A DNA stretch of 63,987 bases, counting the filler, from Globobulimina sp. (taxonomy: Eukaryota), in the NCBI GenBank assembly GCA_003354225.1. It is 8 parts of 8 records of this genome, joined end to end, with 100 filler letters (N's around TTAATTAATTAA, not from the genome) between each part and the next. Parts side by side here need not be neighbours in the genome. Positions count along the whole stretch, not along the records: positions 32,430 to 40,405 come from PIVH01000101.1; positions 40,506 to 48,479 come from PIVH01000102.1; 6 more parts are not named here. The stretch is one strand, 5' to 3'. The position numbers and the translations under genes are program-made. Below are positions 34,744 to 46,169 of the stretch, piece after piece (the first letter of the stretch is position 1; every line of letters begins with the position of its first letter). Under the pieces are notes generated by a model, which was not told the DNA's origin, did no database searches, and was given only the letters and a program-made list of their open reading frames with translations.

Positions 34744-35556
34744 ATGATGAGTGTTACTAGTATTTTCGGTGTAGCATTATTAGGTGTGGCATATTGTGAA
34801 TTAACAAATTTCGTTTCGATACCAATGACATGTGATGGCGGTCCACTTCCAGCGCAAGTACCATTTTTTATCGATCCAAATGGTGCAACGGATGGTTTAG
34901 TTCCTGTCGATGCTGTTAATTTCCATAATAGATATGAACACTGCGCAACTGAATTTTTTAATGATCAAATCGATGTAGATACATTTTTATCAGATGCGGC
35001 ATTAGCTGCGAATGGGCGACAATGTGCTGATGCCACCGGGCATTGTACTTTGTTTAGTGATGCGACATGGAGGGGAGAAATGGCGACACTCCAAGGATAT
35101 GTGGATGTGATTTCAAGCAAATATAGATTTGAGAGTGTTGGTGGGTTCGCCTATCGCATAAAAGGACAACGCAAATTAGTGCTTGAAATGGCAGATCCTC
35201 CGGAGGGTTACGCAGCGGGCCAAGAAATAACGAATGATTTTACACAGCAATTAGTGTTTGACGCGCAAGGCAAAGTGTTAAAGGTGACAACAGACACAAA
35301 AGGATTGGCAACAAAATTAGAGGAATGGGGCCTTAGCAATTTAGGCCGCTATGGATTTGCCAAAGTTAATCCTGTATCAAACACAATTCGTCGAAATCCA
35401 AATCCAAATACAATTGTCGCACTTGATGAAGAATCTGTGTTTTATATTTGTTTAGTTGCTGCCTTATTAGTTTTATCATTCACTGTTTGTACGGTGTCAT
35501 CGCAGAAATATAAATATGATAATCAAGTTGTGGCATATTCTGATGCAACTTTATAA
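34744..35556 (+). CDS. Hypothetical type I membrane protein (signal peptide, globular domain, C-terminal TM)
   Basis: Hydrophobic N- and C-terminal segments; intact ORF. Confidence 0.7.
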   Translation: MMSVTSIFGVALLGVAYCELTNFVSIPMTCDGGPLPAQVPFFIDPNGATDGLVPVDAVNFHNRYEHCATEFFNDQIDVDTFLSDAALAANGRQCADATGHCTLFSDATWRGEMATLQGYVDVISSKYRFESVGGFAYRIKGQRKLVLEMADPPEGYAAGQEITNDFTQQLVFDAQGKVLKVTTDTKGLATKLEEWGLSNLGRYGFAKVNPVSNTIRRNPNPNTIVALDEESVFYICLVAALLVLSFTVCTVSSQKYKYDNQVVAYSDATL

Positions 35557-35648
35557 TTTTTGTTTTGTTTTGTGATTGTGCTTTTATTACTATATTAATA
35601 TTCCAGTAACATTTAGTTACATATTTGTAAACTTTTTTTTCTCGGCCT

Positions 35649-36210
35649 TGATATTTGTGCTCGAATCCTGAAAACGATATGTGATCTGAATTCTGAAATA
35701 TGTTCAAATCTAATTTATTAATATCCAGCAGCAACACTCAGATTTGGCATGGTAATAAAGTAAGGGAATGATGAACCAGATTATATAAAGAAATTATTTG
35801 GATTGGTATAATTTGAGCAATAGCGAATAATAAACCAATATAAATACAATGATAAAATACTAATTATAATTTCATATCTTGTTGGAACACTAATATTGCA
35901 TTTGGGCATTATTTTAATTGCAATTGGTATTTGCTTGCTTTGTATTAATATTATGATATTTAATTTATTCTAAATTAGAACTGGAAAGATCAAATTGGTA
36001 ATCTCCAGTCTTCCACACTAATCACATATTCTTAATTTTGTGCCATATACAGTATATATTGGTTTATTGTTCGCTATTGCTGGTTCATCATTCCCTTACT
36101 TTATTACCATGCCAAATCTGAGTGTTGCTGCTGGATATTAATAAATTAGGTTTGAACATATTTCAGAATTCAGATCACATATCGTTTTCAGGATTCGAGC
36201 ACAAATATCA
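35649..36210. repeat. Long inverted repeat (131-bp near-perfect arms plus ~26-bp inner extension)
   Basis: 35649-35779 is the reverse complement of 36080-36210 (one mismatch seen); 35817-35842 pairs with 36055-36080. Confidence 0.93.
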
Positions 36211-36462
36211 GACTCAAGTGCAAGGATATTCGACGTACGAATCTCACTGTAAAATCAAATCAAATCAAATCAAATTGTAAGCAATATTACATGTTTAATA
36301 ATTCATTTTTTAGATTGCGAATATATTTTTAATTTAGCAATCAGTTTTCTGCGGTGCACAAGTTTGGTGACACCGATTTGTGTTAAAAATGCGCTGTATA
36401 TATTTATTTTAGCACATTTGTAATCTAAGATTTAAAAAAAACTTCTTAGTACGTACACTAAA

Positions 36463-37686
36463 ATGACCATGGAAACAAACCTTGAAATCAAACAAGATAT
36501 TTTATCAAATTGTCATGATAACAAATGTGGAACAAAATTAAGATTATTGTATTCATTAAGTGGTCATTCAGATCGTGTTTGGTGTTGTTCGTGGAATCCA
36601 AATAAAACTATTTTAGTCTCAACATCAGGCGATAAAACAATAAAACTATGGGTTTATTCATTGATGGACAATAACTTTAATTGTGTTCAAACATTGGATG
36701 CCCACACTCGAACCGTTCGAAGCATATCATGGCACCCTTCGGGAAATATGTTTTGTTCGGCTTCTTTTGATGGAACCATCGGAATTTGGAAGAGATCCGA
36801 AAATATAGAAAATATAAGCAATAATATATTGGAATTTGAATGTGTTGATTTGCTCGAAGGACATGACAACGAAGTTAAAGCTTTATCGTGGGACTGTTCC
36901 GGCAGATTATTAGCGTCCTGTTCTAGAGATAAATCAGTTTGGATTTGGGAATATGATGACGCTGACGATGGGTTTGAAGTTGCTGCAGTGAAAAGGTCAC
37001 ATTTAGGAGATGTTAAATGTGTGGAATGGCATCCATTTGAAGCATTTTTAGTATCCACCTCGTACGATGATACAATAAAAACTTATAAATATGATAAATC
37101 GGAAGATGATTGGTATGTTAATCAAATATTAAAAACACATAAATCCACTGTTTGGCACTCAGCATTTAATCCGTTGGATGGTTCCGAATTTGTAACATGT
37201 TCCGATGATCAATCGCTTGTAATTTGGGAGAAAATGAGTGTTAATGATAACGAGAATAATGAGAAGATGGATGTCGATGATGATGGAGATTTAGTAAATA
37301 TTGATGAGTTAGCATATAAATTACAACAACGTATTGAAAATGTCCATGATGAAGCTATTTATTGCGTTGATTGGTTAGTTAATAAAAACGATGGAGTTAA
37401 TATTATTGGGAGCTGTTCAGGCGATAATTCATTTAAATTATTTAATAAAAATAAGATCAAAAATGAATGGCAAATGTTGATTCAACAAAATGATGCACAT
37501 AAAAATGATGTGAATTGGATTGAATTTGGTCCTCGCAAAGAACAAGGTGTTTATCTCATTGCTACCGCATCGGATGATGGCTTAATTTCAATTTGGGAAA
37601 TGCAAACTGCAGTTGATTTGGATATGTATCAAGATGGTGACAACGAAGATGATGCATATGATGATATTGTTAATGCAATTGATTGA
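36463..37686 (+). CDS. CIAO1: Cytosolic Fe-S assembly WD40 protein Cia1/CIAO1
   Basis: GHSDRVW, HTRTVRS..W.PSG, ASFD, LEGHDNEVK..SW, LASCSRDKSVWIWE, DVK.V.WHP, SYDDTIK. Confidence 0.93.
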   Translation: MTMETNLEIKQDILSNCHDNKCGTKLRLLYSLSGHSDRVWCCSWNPNKTILVSTSGDKTIKLWVYSLMDNNFNCVQTLDAHTRTVRSISWHPSGNMFCSASFDGTIGIWKRSENIENISNNILEFECVDLLEGHDNEVKALSWDCSGRLLASCSRDKSVWIWEYDDADDGFEVAAVKRSHLGDVKCVEWHPFEAFLVSTSYDDTIKTYKYDKSEDDWYVNQILKTHKSTVWHSAFNPLDGSEFVTCSDDQSLVIWEKMSVNDNENNEKMDVDDDGDLVNIDELAYKLQQRIENVHDEAIYCVDWLVNKNDGVNIIGSCSGDNSFKLFNKNKIKNEWQMLIQQNDAHKNDVNWIEFGPRKEQGVYLIATASDDGLISIWEMQTAVDLDMYQDGDNEDDAYDDIVNAID

Positions 37687-37805
37687 TCCTTGCACAGCTC
37701 ACAAGATAACTAAATATTTTTATTTATCTGATGGCTAGCTTGCAGGCTTAGTTGCAGCACCCAAAAAAAGTGAAGTCTTGTTGATTTCCGCAACATGAGG
37801 AGATA

Positions 37806-40405
37806 ATGGTAAATCTTTCATTGGTAAATGTCTTATTATTAATCAATATACACCTGGTAAATAGTAAGAAACATACATATAAACACTATTATTCAATAAA
37901 AGAAAAAGACTGCACAAGAATGGGTTTAGAATGCATTAGTTTTGATGAATGTTGTGCAGGAATGACATGTACAAAAACATATATTTATGAACCAGATTAT
38001 ACAGTTTGCACTTATCCGACATTAGCTGCTGTTCCTTCAGTAATGTATAACTTTGATGTTAAGTAAATATATTCATTAGAATTTGATTTAAATATTATTT
38101 AAATATTATTTACAAGCCAGTGTGAAATACAATATGCCAAAGCATTAAATACAACAACTGCGATGTCTGTCGGATGTAATACAAATTCATTTAATATTCG
38201 AGTTGGTGGCGGATTCAGAAATATCCGAATTGAAAAGTATAAATCAACCACAACATTTAAAAGTATTCCATTAGATTCGAATTCAAATTGGAAAATTGAA
38301 AAAGCAAAAACATTAAATGTACGGAATGATGAATGTACAGAATTTGAAATTGCAACCAAATGTTGTAAAGCAGAGTGGGGTCCAAATTATGATGGTACTA
38401 TTTTGAATAAATTGCATGCATTGCAATATAAATTAGAATGTGATATTGTTAGTGGTGGAGCACAAGAACGTCTACAATTTCGTGAGATTTTGGCGCGAAC
38501 AACGTCCTGTGGTTTCACTGCAATGTCTTCCACAAATACTGCAATTACAAAACGTACTCTTTACCCACAATCGTATGACTGTAGAAATGAAGGATTTGAT
38601 GAGATTATATATCAAAAATGTGTGTTACATACTTATGTTGGTGATACTGCATATGATTATACATTATGGTTTTCGCAATATTTTTCAAAAAAACAAGCAA
38701 ATAAATATCATTTATTAGAAGAAGAATTACCGAGACAAGCTGCCAGAATGGCAATATTTGACTGTACCTATATTTCCGATGACAATAATGCGAATTTTCA
38801 ATTGTGTCCATCAAATCAGAATTATCAATGTGTTGGCGGAGGGTTTGAAAATGTGCGACAAAATTCAGGTGACACAAACCAAAATAATGTATGGATGAAT
38901 TGGCCATTAAATACAAAAGATGGTGTTATCCATGGATATGACAATAAGTCGGGTCATTTTCCATATAATGCAGACTGTTGTCATGTAACCCAAACAGATA
39001 AATGTTATAAAAAATTAATAAATAATGACCACACGGATAATGGTGGAGGCTGGGCAGCAAATTATGGTTTAAATTCAGACGGAATTATAGTTCATGCCGC
39101 ATGTTGTAGAATAAATCAACCACTCAATGATGCATTTTTTTATGATATTGCGGGTTTACCACCTTCAGCATTATCCACCTCTTCATTTTGTTAAGTGCTT
39201 TGTTTTTGTTTTTTGATGAATAATTGAATATATTTTGTATAATTTTACGACATATCAAAGCATGGATACCTGGCGGTACAGTATCACATTATTCGTCGTG
39301 GGGCACCGCTTTCGAAATCTTATCACCATCAATTAATTATATACAACAGACAACAACAACATCAGTAGTCGATGGATGTATTAATTGGAATGGTATTTGG
39401 GCACAAAAATATGACGGAAATGAAATAAGATATTGCATAAAAAGTAAAAAAAAGGATACTAATCCAAATATTTGTGAATTAACAGAATTGCGTAGTAACA
39501 CAATATTTTACTCAACAGATACCGTATCAGCAATATATTATCCGTGGAATTCAAATTCGATGATTGTTGGTACAATAAATGCAAATAAAAATGCAATTGA
39601 ATGGAAACAAAATGATAAATCTGAAATAATATTCAAATGGGATCGAAAAGATACAACAAATTCATATAATGATAGATATAATTTGTATAAAAGTATAAAT
39701 GATAAGGTGGTAATATTGCAATTAAATAAGTTTATATGGTACAGATTTGGTGAAAAAGCTGCATTTCCCTCGTTTGATAGTTGTCCAAATGATTATAGTG
39801 TATCAAAAAAATGGTTTGTTAAAAAGATTAATAATATATTTATTGATATATTTAACTCACAAAATGGCAAATCAATTATCAAAGCAGGGACTGCAGTAAT
39901 TCATGATCCTTCCGCACAATCTACAGTTAAACAGTCAAATATACAATTGACAGATCTGCAGATTTCATTAGATTGGTTGACAACAAATGAGATTTACATG
40001 ACATTGAAATATACGTTTGATCAAAAGGTATTTCATATAAATCCTGTAGATGCAGCAGATAATCCATGCGCTAATATGAAAGAAGCACGTTGTCAGAAAC
40101 ACGAAGGGGTGACAACTCCAATAAAATTAACAGTTACTGAATGGAATAACAAATTTGAATCATGTTCATTTGGATTTTATTCTATTAATGCGCAAGAAAG
40201 AGGATCTTGTAAACACAATCAATATCAATCAAATTTACCATTTGGTTTTTTAGACAACAAATTGGAATGGGATGAAGAGTTAAATTCATTTTCTTCTGAT
40301 TTATGTCCACCATTAACAATGTTATATGAGCACAAAAGTCCAACACTTTCAAGCTCATCAAATACAAAAATAGAATCAGATCAATGTGGCGGAGAGTCAA
40401 CAAAA
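37806..40405 (+). CDS. Large secreted cysteine-rich protein, multi-exon, 3'-truncated
   Basis: Signal peptide; knottin-like C-x6-C-x5-CC-x4-C; repeated C...VGGGF...CC modules; three colinear ORFs separated by intron-sized AT-rich gaps. Confidence 0.65.
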
Positions 40406-40831
40406 NNNNNNNNNNNNNNNNNNNNNNNNNNNNNNNNNNNNNNNNNNNNTTAATTAATTAANNNNNNNNNNNNNNNNNNNNNNNNNNNNNNNNNNNNNNN
40501 NNNNNGCATGCGGCATTCAAAGTCTAGGAAAAAGTAAAAAGGTGTTAATTTGAAGTGGAAATTTTTACATTTTGGTATCTAGAGACAATATTAACTGATT
40601 ATACGCTATATATTTGTTATTGGTATCTGCTATTTGTGATAATAACATGTCTATCAATTATTAATTTAAGCACCACATTCATTTATTGCATGATATTATT
40701 GCTTATTTAACACTACATTCACAACATGGTTGATATACAAAAAGTTTTATAATTGAAATAAGAATATTACGAATAATAAATGAATCATTTTTTGGCACTA
40801 AAACAATTTATGAGAACGACATACATTTTAA

Positions 40832-41629
40832 ATGGAATTTATGAGATTAAATGGATTTAAACCAAAACGAAAAGATTATTTTGATGTTTTTCTTCAAATT
40901 TGTGCATTTCCAAAAAATATCTCGAAAATATCGGTTCGATTTAAAATAAATTGTAAAGAACTGCAAATAAATACAGATTGGAAAGGAGATTTTGATATAA
41001 ATTGCCAAGGTTATTGTTGGTCGGAGAAGACACAAAATATATTATCATTTACAGATTTTAAGAATTATAATTTAAAACGAATAGAATTTCAAGTAAATAT
41101 AAATATTTTATCAATTTATGATAAAAGTGGAAAAAAAATCAATGCAAATGAATCAAATAAACATATAAAAAAAAATAAAGATATGGATGAAAATGATGAA
41201 AAAAAAGAATCTGAAGATATAAATAATGTTATTTTAGAATCATTAGTAACAAGAATGGATGAAATAAATTCGCAAATCAAATCATTAACAAATATGATGC
41301 TAATAAATCAACAAAAAAATGAGCAAAGATTAGCAAAATTAGAACAAATTACAAATATTTATGAAGAGAATAAAGAGTGTAAAGAAAAGGAATCAGAAGA
41401 ATGTAAAATTATAAATTGGATGAGAGATATTGTTGGATTTGAAGAATACACACAAATATTATTAGAAAATGGTTTTGATTCAATGGAAAATCTTATGGAT
41501 ATTACAATTAATGATTTAAATGAAATTGGTATTCATAAAATTGGACATAGAAAAAGAATATTTAAATACGCTCAAAAGTTAGCGGCTGAACTAATTGAAG
41601 GAACCAATATCATTGATACCGCACAATAA
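40832..41629 (+). CDS. MATH-like beta domain + coiled coil + SAM domain protein (5' region appears disrupted)
   Basis: C-terminal SAM WM..IVGFEEY...L.ENGFDSME.L.DIT..DL.EIGI.KIGHRKRI; upstream coding-like sequence in another frame. Confidence 0.7.
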   Translation: MEFMRLNGFKPKRKDYFDVFLQICAFPKNISKISVRFKINCKELQINTDWKGDFDINCQGYCWSEKTQNILSFTDFKNYNLKRIEFQVNINILSIYDKSGKKINANESNKHIKKNKDMDENDEKKESEDINNVILESLVTRMDEINSQIKSLTNMMLINQQKNEQRLAKLEQITNIYEENKECKEKESEECKIINWMRDIVGFEEYTQILLENGFDSMENLMDITINDLNEIGIHKIGHRKRIFKYAQKLAAELIEGTNIIDTAQ

Positions 41630-41739
41630 ATCTAAACACGAAACATATGACTTCCAATGAAATGTTTGTTATAAATATAGTTACCTAATCCGCTCATCTT
41701 TTTGATCTCTTTTTGCCAAAAGGATTAATTTCAAATCAA

Positions 41740-42573
41740 ATGACTCTAATACCAACAGTGTTGCTTACCGGCGCAGCGAGCGGTATTGGACGTGGAATTG
41801 CCATCGATCTCGTGAAACAGAAAAAATATAAACTCGCATTACTGGATATTAACAAAAACGGGTTGGAGCAAACTAAATCATTATGTATTGAACAGGATCC
41901 AGCCGCCAAAATTAAATTATTTGAATGTGATATCACACATATTCGAGCGACAAAATCAATCATTGATGATATTGCTGCCAATTTCGGTCCATTAGCAGTG
42001 GTCATTAATGATGCCGGCATTATATATAAACATCTAATCGATGCAGATATTGACCAGCATCAAGTTAAGCAATCGATTTTAGTCAATTTATGGGCACCAA
42101 TCTTTATTTGCAGCCATGCCGTGCCACATTTAAAGCAAACAAAATTGGATCATGCTGAATTAAGTTGTATGTCGATTATAAATATAACTTCTGCGTTGTC
42201 GACCGTAGTATACGCTGGGCCTGAATTTGGGGTTTATTGTGCTACGAAATTTGGTTTAAGAGGATTCACATTTTGCTTATTTGCAGAATTAAGAGATGCG
42301 GGAATTAAAGTTTGTCATTTAATGCCGGCGTGGACCAATACGGCAATGTTGGATAACCACAATGTGGTGGAAAGGAAGAGAGGCAATTTGGACCAGATAG
42401 TGATTGGTGAACAAGCGTGTCAGCCCAGTGATGTTGCTCAAACTGTCAACTTTATATTAAATACCTCATTGACGTGTGTTCCGAGAGAAATTATGTTATC
42501 GCCACAATATAATGAATATAAAAAAAGCGAATTATTTTTAAAATCAAAAGAGTTGCAACAAAGTAAATTGTAA
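41740..42573 (+). CDS. Short-chain dehydrogenase/reductase, peroxisomal (PTS1 -SKL)
   Basis: TGAASGIG, NDAG, YCATKFG, terminal SKL. Confidence 0.93.
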   Translation: MTLIPTVLLTGAASGIGRGIAIDLVKQKKYKLALLDINKNGLEQTKSLCIEQDPAAKIKLFECDITHIRATKSIIDDIAANFGPLAVVINDAGIIYKHLIDADIDQHQVKQSILVNLWAPIFICSHAVPHLKQTKLDHAELSCMSIINITSALSTVVYAGPEFGVYCATKFGLRGFTFCLFAELRDAGIKVCHLMPAWTNTAMLDNHNVVERKRGNLDQIVIGEQACQPSDVAQTVNFILNTSLTCVPREIMLSPQYNEYKKSELFLKSKELQQSKL

Positions 42574-42966
42574 TTGCGTCTATATAATTATTTTAATTTT
42601 AAATATCAATTCATTTTAATTTGTATACATTTCATGTTTGTAATTGTTTGCGTAATACATTCAAACTGCATGAAAAATAAGAACCAATCATTACTAAACT
42701 ACCAAAAATACACAGGCCGGTGTGGTCCAGATTGTATTGAATGTATTAATAATAACATTAAATACGGTTACGTCTTCTTAATAATAATACCATTTTTAAC
42801 GTCTTCTTCACTGAATTTCACGGTTGACAAATAAACTGTTTTTTGAAGTTTTTTTTTTTAAGTAATGTCAATGTCTTTAAAATAAGCAAAATTCAACTCC
42901 TAAATATACACTGTATTTATAATATTTAGTATTCTGGACTAGCCATCCTCAACCTCAAAGTCGATA

Positions 42967-43576
42967 ATGCCATTATTCTCAAGATACCCAACAGTACGAC
43001 CATGGCCAGAATTTTTTGAATTTAGTAAATTTGAGACACCAAAAAATCCACAAGAAAGAATACCAACAAATTTATCATATTATGCAGGGAATTACTTGGT
43101 GATTTTTGGTGTATTGTTTGTATTTACATGGTATGTCAATGTAATATGTTGTAATTATAATTGTGATTACTGATTACTGATAGCATGTCTTTGCACAATT
43201 AAGTTTGTTACAAATCTTTCTTTTATTGGGAATATTGGTCGTTGTATGTGGCGGATTTGGATTAAAAACTTATTTAAAGCAAGAATTGGAAAGAGCAGCA
43301 ATGCGAAGTAAAACACAAAAAAGAAAACAACAAAAAGTAAATAAGAAATATGCAACGTATTTTGTGTATGTTGCAATAATAATAATAGCTATGGCTGGCA
43401 ATGTGACATTGCTATCTTGTGTTATTTTAAGTTTACTAATAATTACTGGACACTCATTGTTACGAAAAAGGAATTTAGCATCGCGAGCTACTCATTTTAT
43501 GGATGTGTACAATGATTTTGGTGTTATCTCATCGGTCGCAGATTATATCTCGGAATGGGTCGATGATATCAATTAA
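42967..43576 (+). CDS. PRA1 (prenylated Rab acceptor) family protein; 2 exons
   Basis: RPW.EFF...F..P, RI..NL.YY..NY, H..LR.R; intron 43131-43203. Confidence 0.85.
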
Positions 43577-43670
43577 ATAAATAATTATTAAAAGTTAAAC
43601 TTAAATAAATTTAATTAAACAACAAACAAAAATATAATTAATATAATTATAGCTATTCTAACAAGTCTAT

Positions 43671-45164
43671 CTATCGCAATAATAATTTTCTCTTATTTGT
43701 CATATGCATAAAATCATAGGATTCGTCGCTCCATAAAGGACAATCTTCAAATTGAACCTGTTCTAAATTAAAAAAATTTGAACTGGGAATTGGGATTATT
43801 TCCCTTAACATTGGGTAATGATTTAAATCTTCCTCAGAAATTGCCACTGATAATTGGGAATTTTCTCGTTTTTCCCATTTTTCCAGACGTTCGAATTCGA
43901 CATTGCTTCCGGTCTCGTTATATTCTTTTCGGATAAATTCAAATTTTACTCTGTTTATAGTCGGCAATTTTGAGCAACGATTTAAAAACTCTATGGACGC
44001 TGCCTCGTTTTCATTGAATCGGGTGGAAACTTGCCATATTTGTGTACAAAGTTTAAATGAATAATATCCGCTAAAATGTCTATCCGGGAAATATCCCAAA
44101 GATAATAATGATTTTGGAAAAGAGATAGTTCCTTCCCATCGAACATAACGCAATGATAAATGTTGAATATTGTTACAATTTTGTAATAGAATTTGTAATT
44201 CATCATTTGCAAAATCACAACATGACAAAACCAGAAATCGCACGGATTCTAATCGTTTCTATGTATTATAATTATTTATAATATGATTATACAGATAAGA
44301 TATATTTATATCGGATTTGATATGATATCGGAATTACAATACCTCAAATTTTATTTGTTGTATCCACCAATTTTGTGAGAATACAGAAGAAGTAAATGAT
44401 TGCAAACCGAGACCATACAATGTTTTGGGGAAATATATTTTTGGCGGAATTTCAGAACTATCAAATCGGATAAAAAATAAATTTCTTAATCTACATTTTA
44501 AATCGATTGGTTTTCTGGTTGTTGGCGATAAGAGACATTCATCAGTTTCTCCTTCACCTCTTTCGTCACATATTATTACATTATCATTGTCATTGTCATT
44601 GTCATTATCATTGTCATTGTCAGTGTCGACGTCAGTGTACATGTCGCTGTTTAGTGGCGGCACGTGCACCATTTTACGAGTTGGCGGATAATCCAAATGA
44701 ACGGAATTAGCACTCGATGTGAAATCTAATGTCAATTGTAATGATTCTATGTTAATATTTGCGGGCCAATCAAGTTTATTCCATAGATCTGCCTTAAAAT
44801 TCCACATTCCTGCTAATAGTGCTACTTTTTGAATAAATGGATGTTGCGAAAATATATTGATTTCAACATATGTGATTCCATGGCCTCCATTTGATGATAA
44901 TATTTTCGGTGCATACATTGCATTGTCCTGCATCGGAAAAAAAGACATATCTGGAAAAACAGTGAAATTGTAGATAAAATTATATAGTCGTTTATGAATT
45001 CTTGCCATTATAGTCAACCTTTCTGATACTGTTAAACACCGCGATATATAAGTTACATTAAATTGGGGCAGAGTCATAAAATCTAGTTTCATGATTCGTG
45101 ATAAACACAATCCCGACATTGATGTATATCTATCTACCTCAGTTAAGGCTTCTCGTTTTGCCAT
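43671..45164 (-). CDS. F-box-like/leucine-rich-repeat protein; 2 exons
   Basis: DFMTLP...YISRCL...ER...M.RI.K F-box-like start; LRR-like IQHLSL and P.SL..L repeats; intron ~44259-44342; (DN)n tract. Confidence 0.55.
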
Positions 45165-45342
45165 AAGAGTCCGAAGGTTTTAGGTGTATAATTTACAGTG
45201 TATTATTTTTGAATTCACATGAAGAAACTGTCAATTACGCGGAAACTTATGTCATCAATCATTATGAGCATATATATATAGCTCAATATTTATTGTTTAT
45301 AATAATAATTAATAGTATTAGTATAACAAAAAAATAATTCTA

Positions 45343-46104
45343 ATGGAACCAAAAGAAATTGAAGAAAAAACTCATGTCGTAAATAATAATCAGCCAGAAC
45401 CAGAACCAGAACCAGAATCAAAACAAAACATTTCCAATATTTCAAATGCAACCAATTCAATGATTAACACAGTAACAGTTCCAAGTACCGGTACATTGGA
45501 TGATTTTATTAATACACCATTAATGATTCAAGAAAAACGTAAATTAAGACTCGATTTATTATCATTGCCTCCAGAGAAATTAGGTGAAATTATGTACGTT
45601 TTACAAACATCACAACCTCAGAATATTGAGCAAAAAGGTGATGAGTTAGAGATTGATTTAAAGAAATTAAATACAAAAACATTACGACATTTACAACGTT
45701 ACGTAGAAAGTGTATTTATTAAAGTCCGATATAATTCAATGACATCTCCGCAACCAACATTTATTACACCTGTACCTCAAACGATGTTACACAACAATCA
45801 CAATAACAATAACAATAATTATATCAATCCATGGCCAAAGCATAACAAATTACTGATTAACGATTTGATACAACAACAACAACAAAATCATCTTCATCTT
45901 CCAAACTCAAGAAATTTGAGAAAGAAAAGATCTGCATTCACAACCACTCAAAAAGAAGACATGGTTAAATTTTGGCAAAACTTGAATTGGCAAGTGACAG
46001 ACGATAAAGACTTGGGTGTTCATGCCGCAGAAATTGGTGTTACACTGACGCAGTTAAAGGTATTCAGGCAAAATAATAGAAAAAAAATATTGCGAAACAA
46101 ATAA
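45343..46104 (+). CDS. ET (BET extra-terminal/NET) domain + ZF-HD-like homeodomain protein
   Basis: EKRKL..DL..LP.EKL.EI..VL....P.....DELEIDL..L...TLRHLQRYV; C-terminal RKKRSAFT..QKEDM..F...L.W.......EIGV....LKVF.QNNRKK. Confidence 0.8.
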   Translation: MEPKEIEEKTHVVNNNQPEPEPEPESKQNISNISNATNSMINTVTVPSTGTLDDFINTPLMIQEKRKLRLDLLSLPPEKLGEIMYVLQTSQPQNIEQKGDELEIDLKKLNTKTLRHLQRYVESVFIKVRYNSMTSPQPTFITPVPQTMLHNNHNNNNNNYINPWPKHNKLLINDLIQQQQQNHLHLPNSRNLRKKRSAFTTTQKEDMVKFWQNLNWQVTDDKDLGVHAAEIGVTLTQLKVFRQNNRKKILRNK

Positions 46105-46169
46105 TGTAAAACGAATCTGTAATTAATTAATTAATATATATCAAAAGTCTACAAAGTCAAAAGTCTTTT

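Noticed and set aside
44581-44620. (TCATTG)n tract giving CHCH/LSLS ORFs on the plus strand
   Set aside because: Simple coding microsatellite (Asp-Asn repeat) of the minus-strand gene, not a metal-binding peptide.
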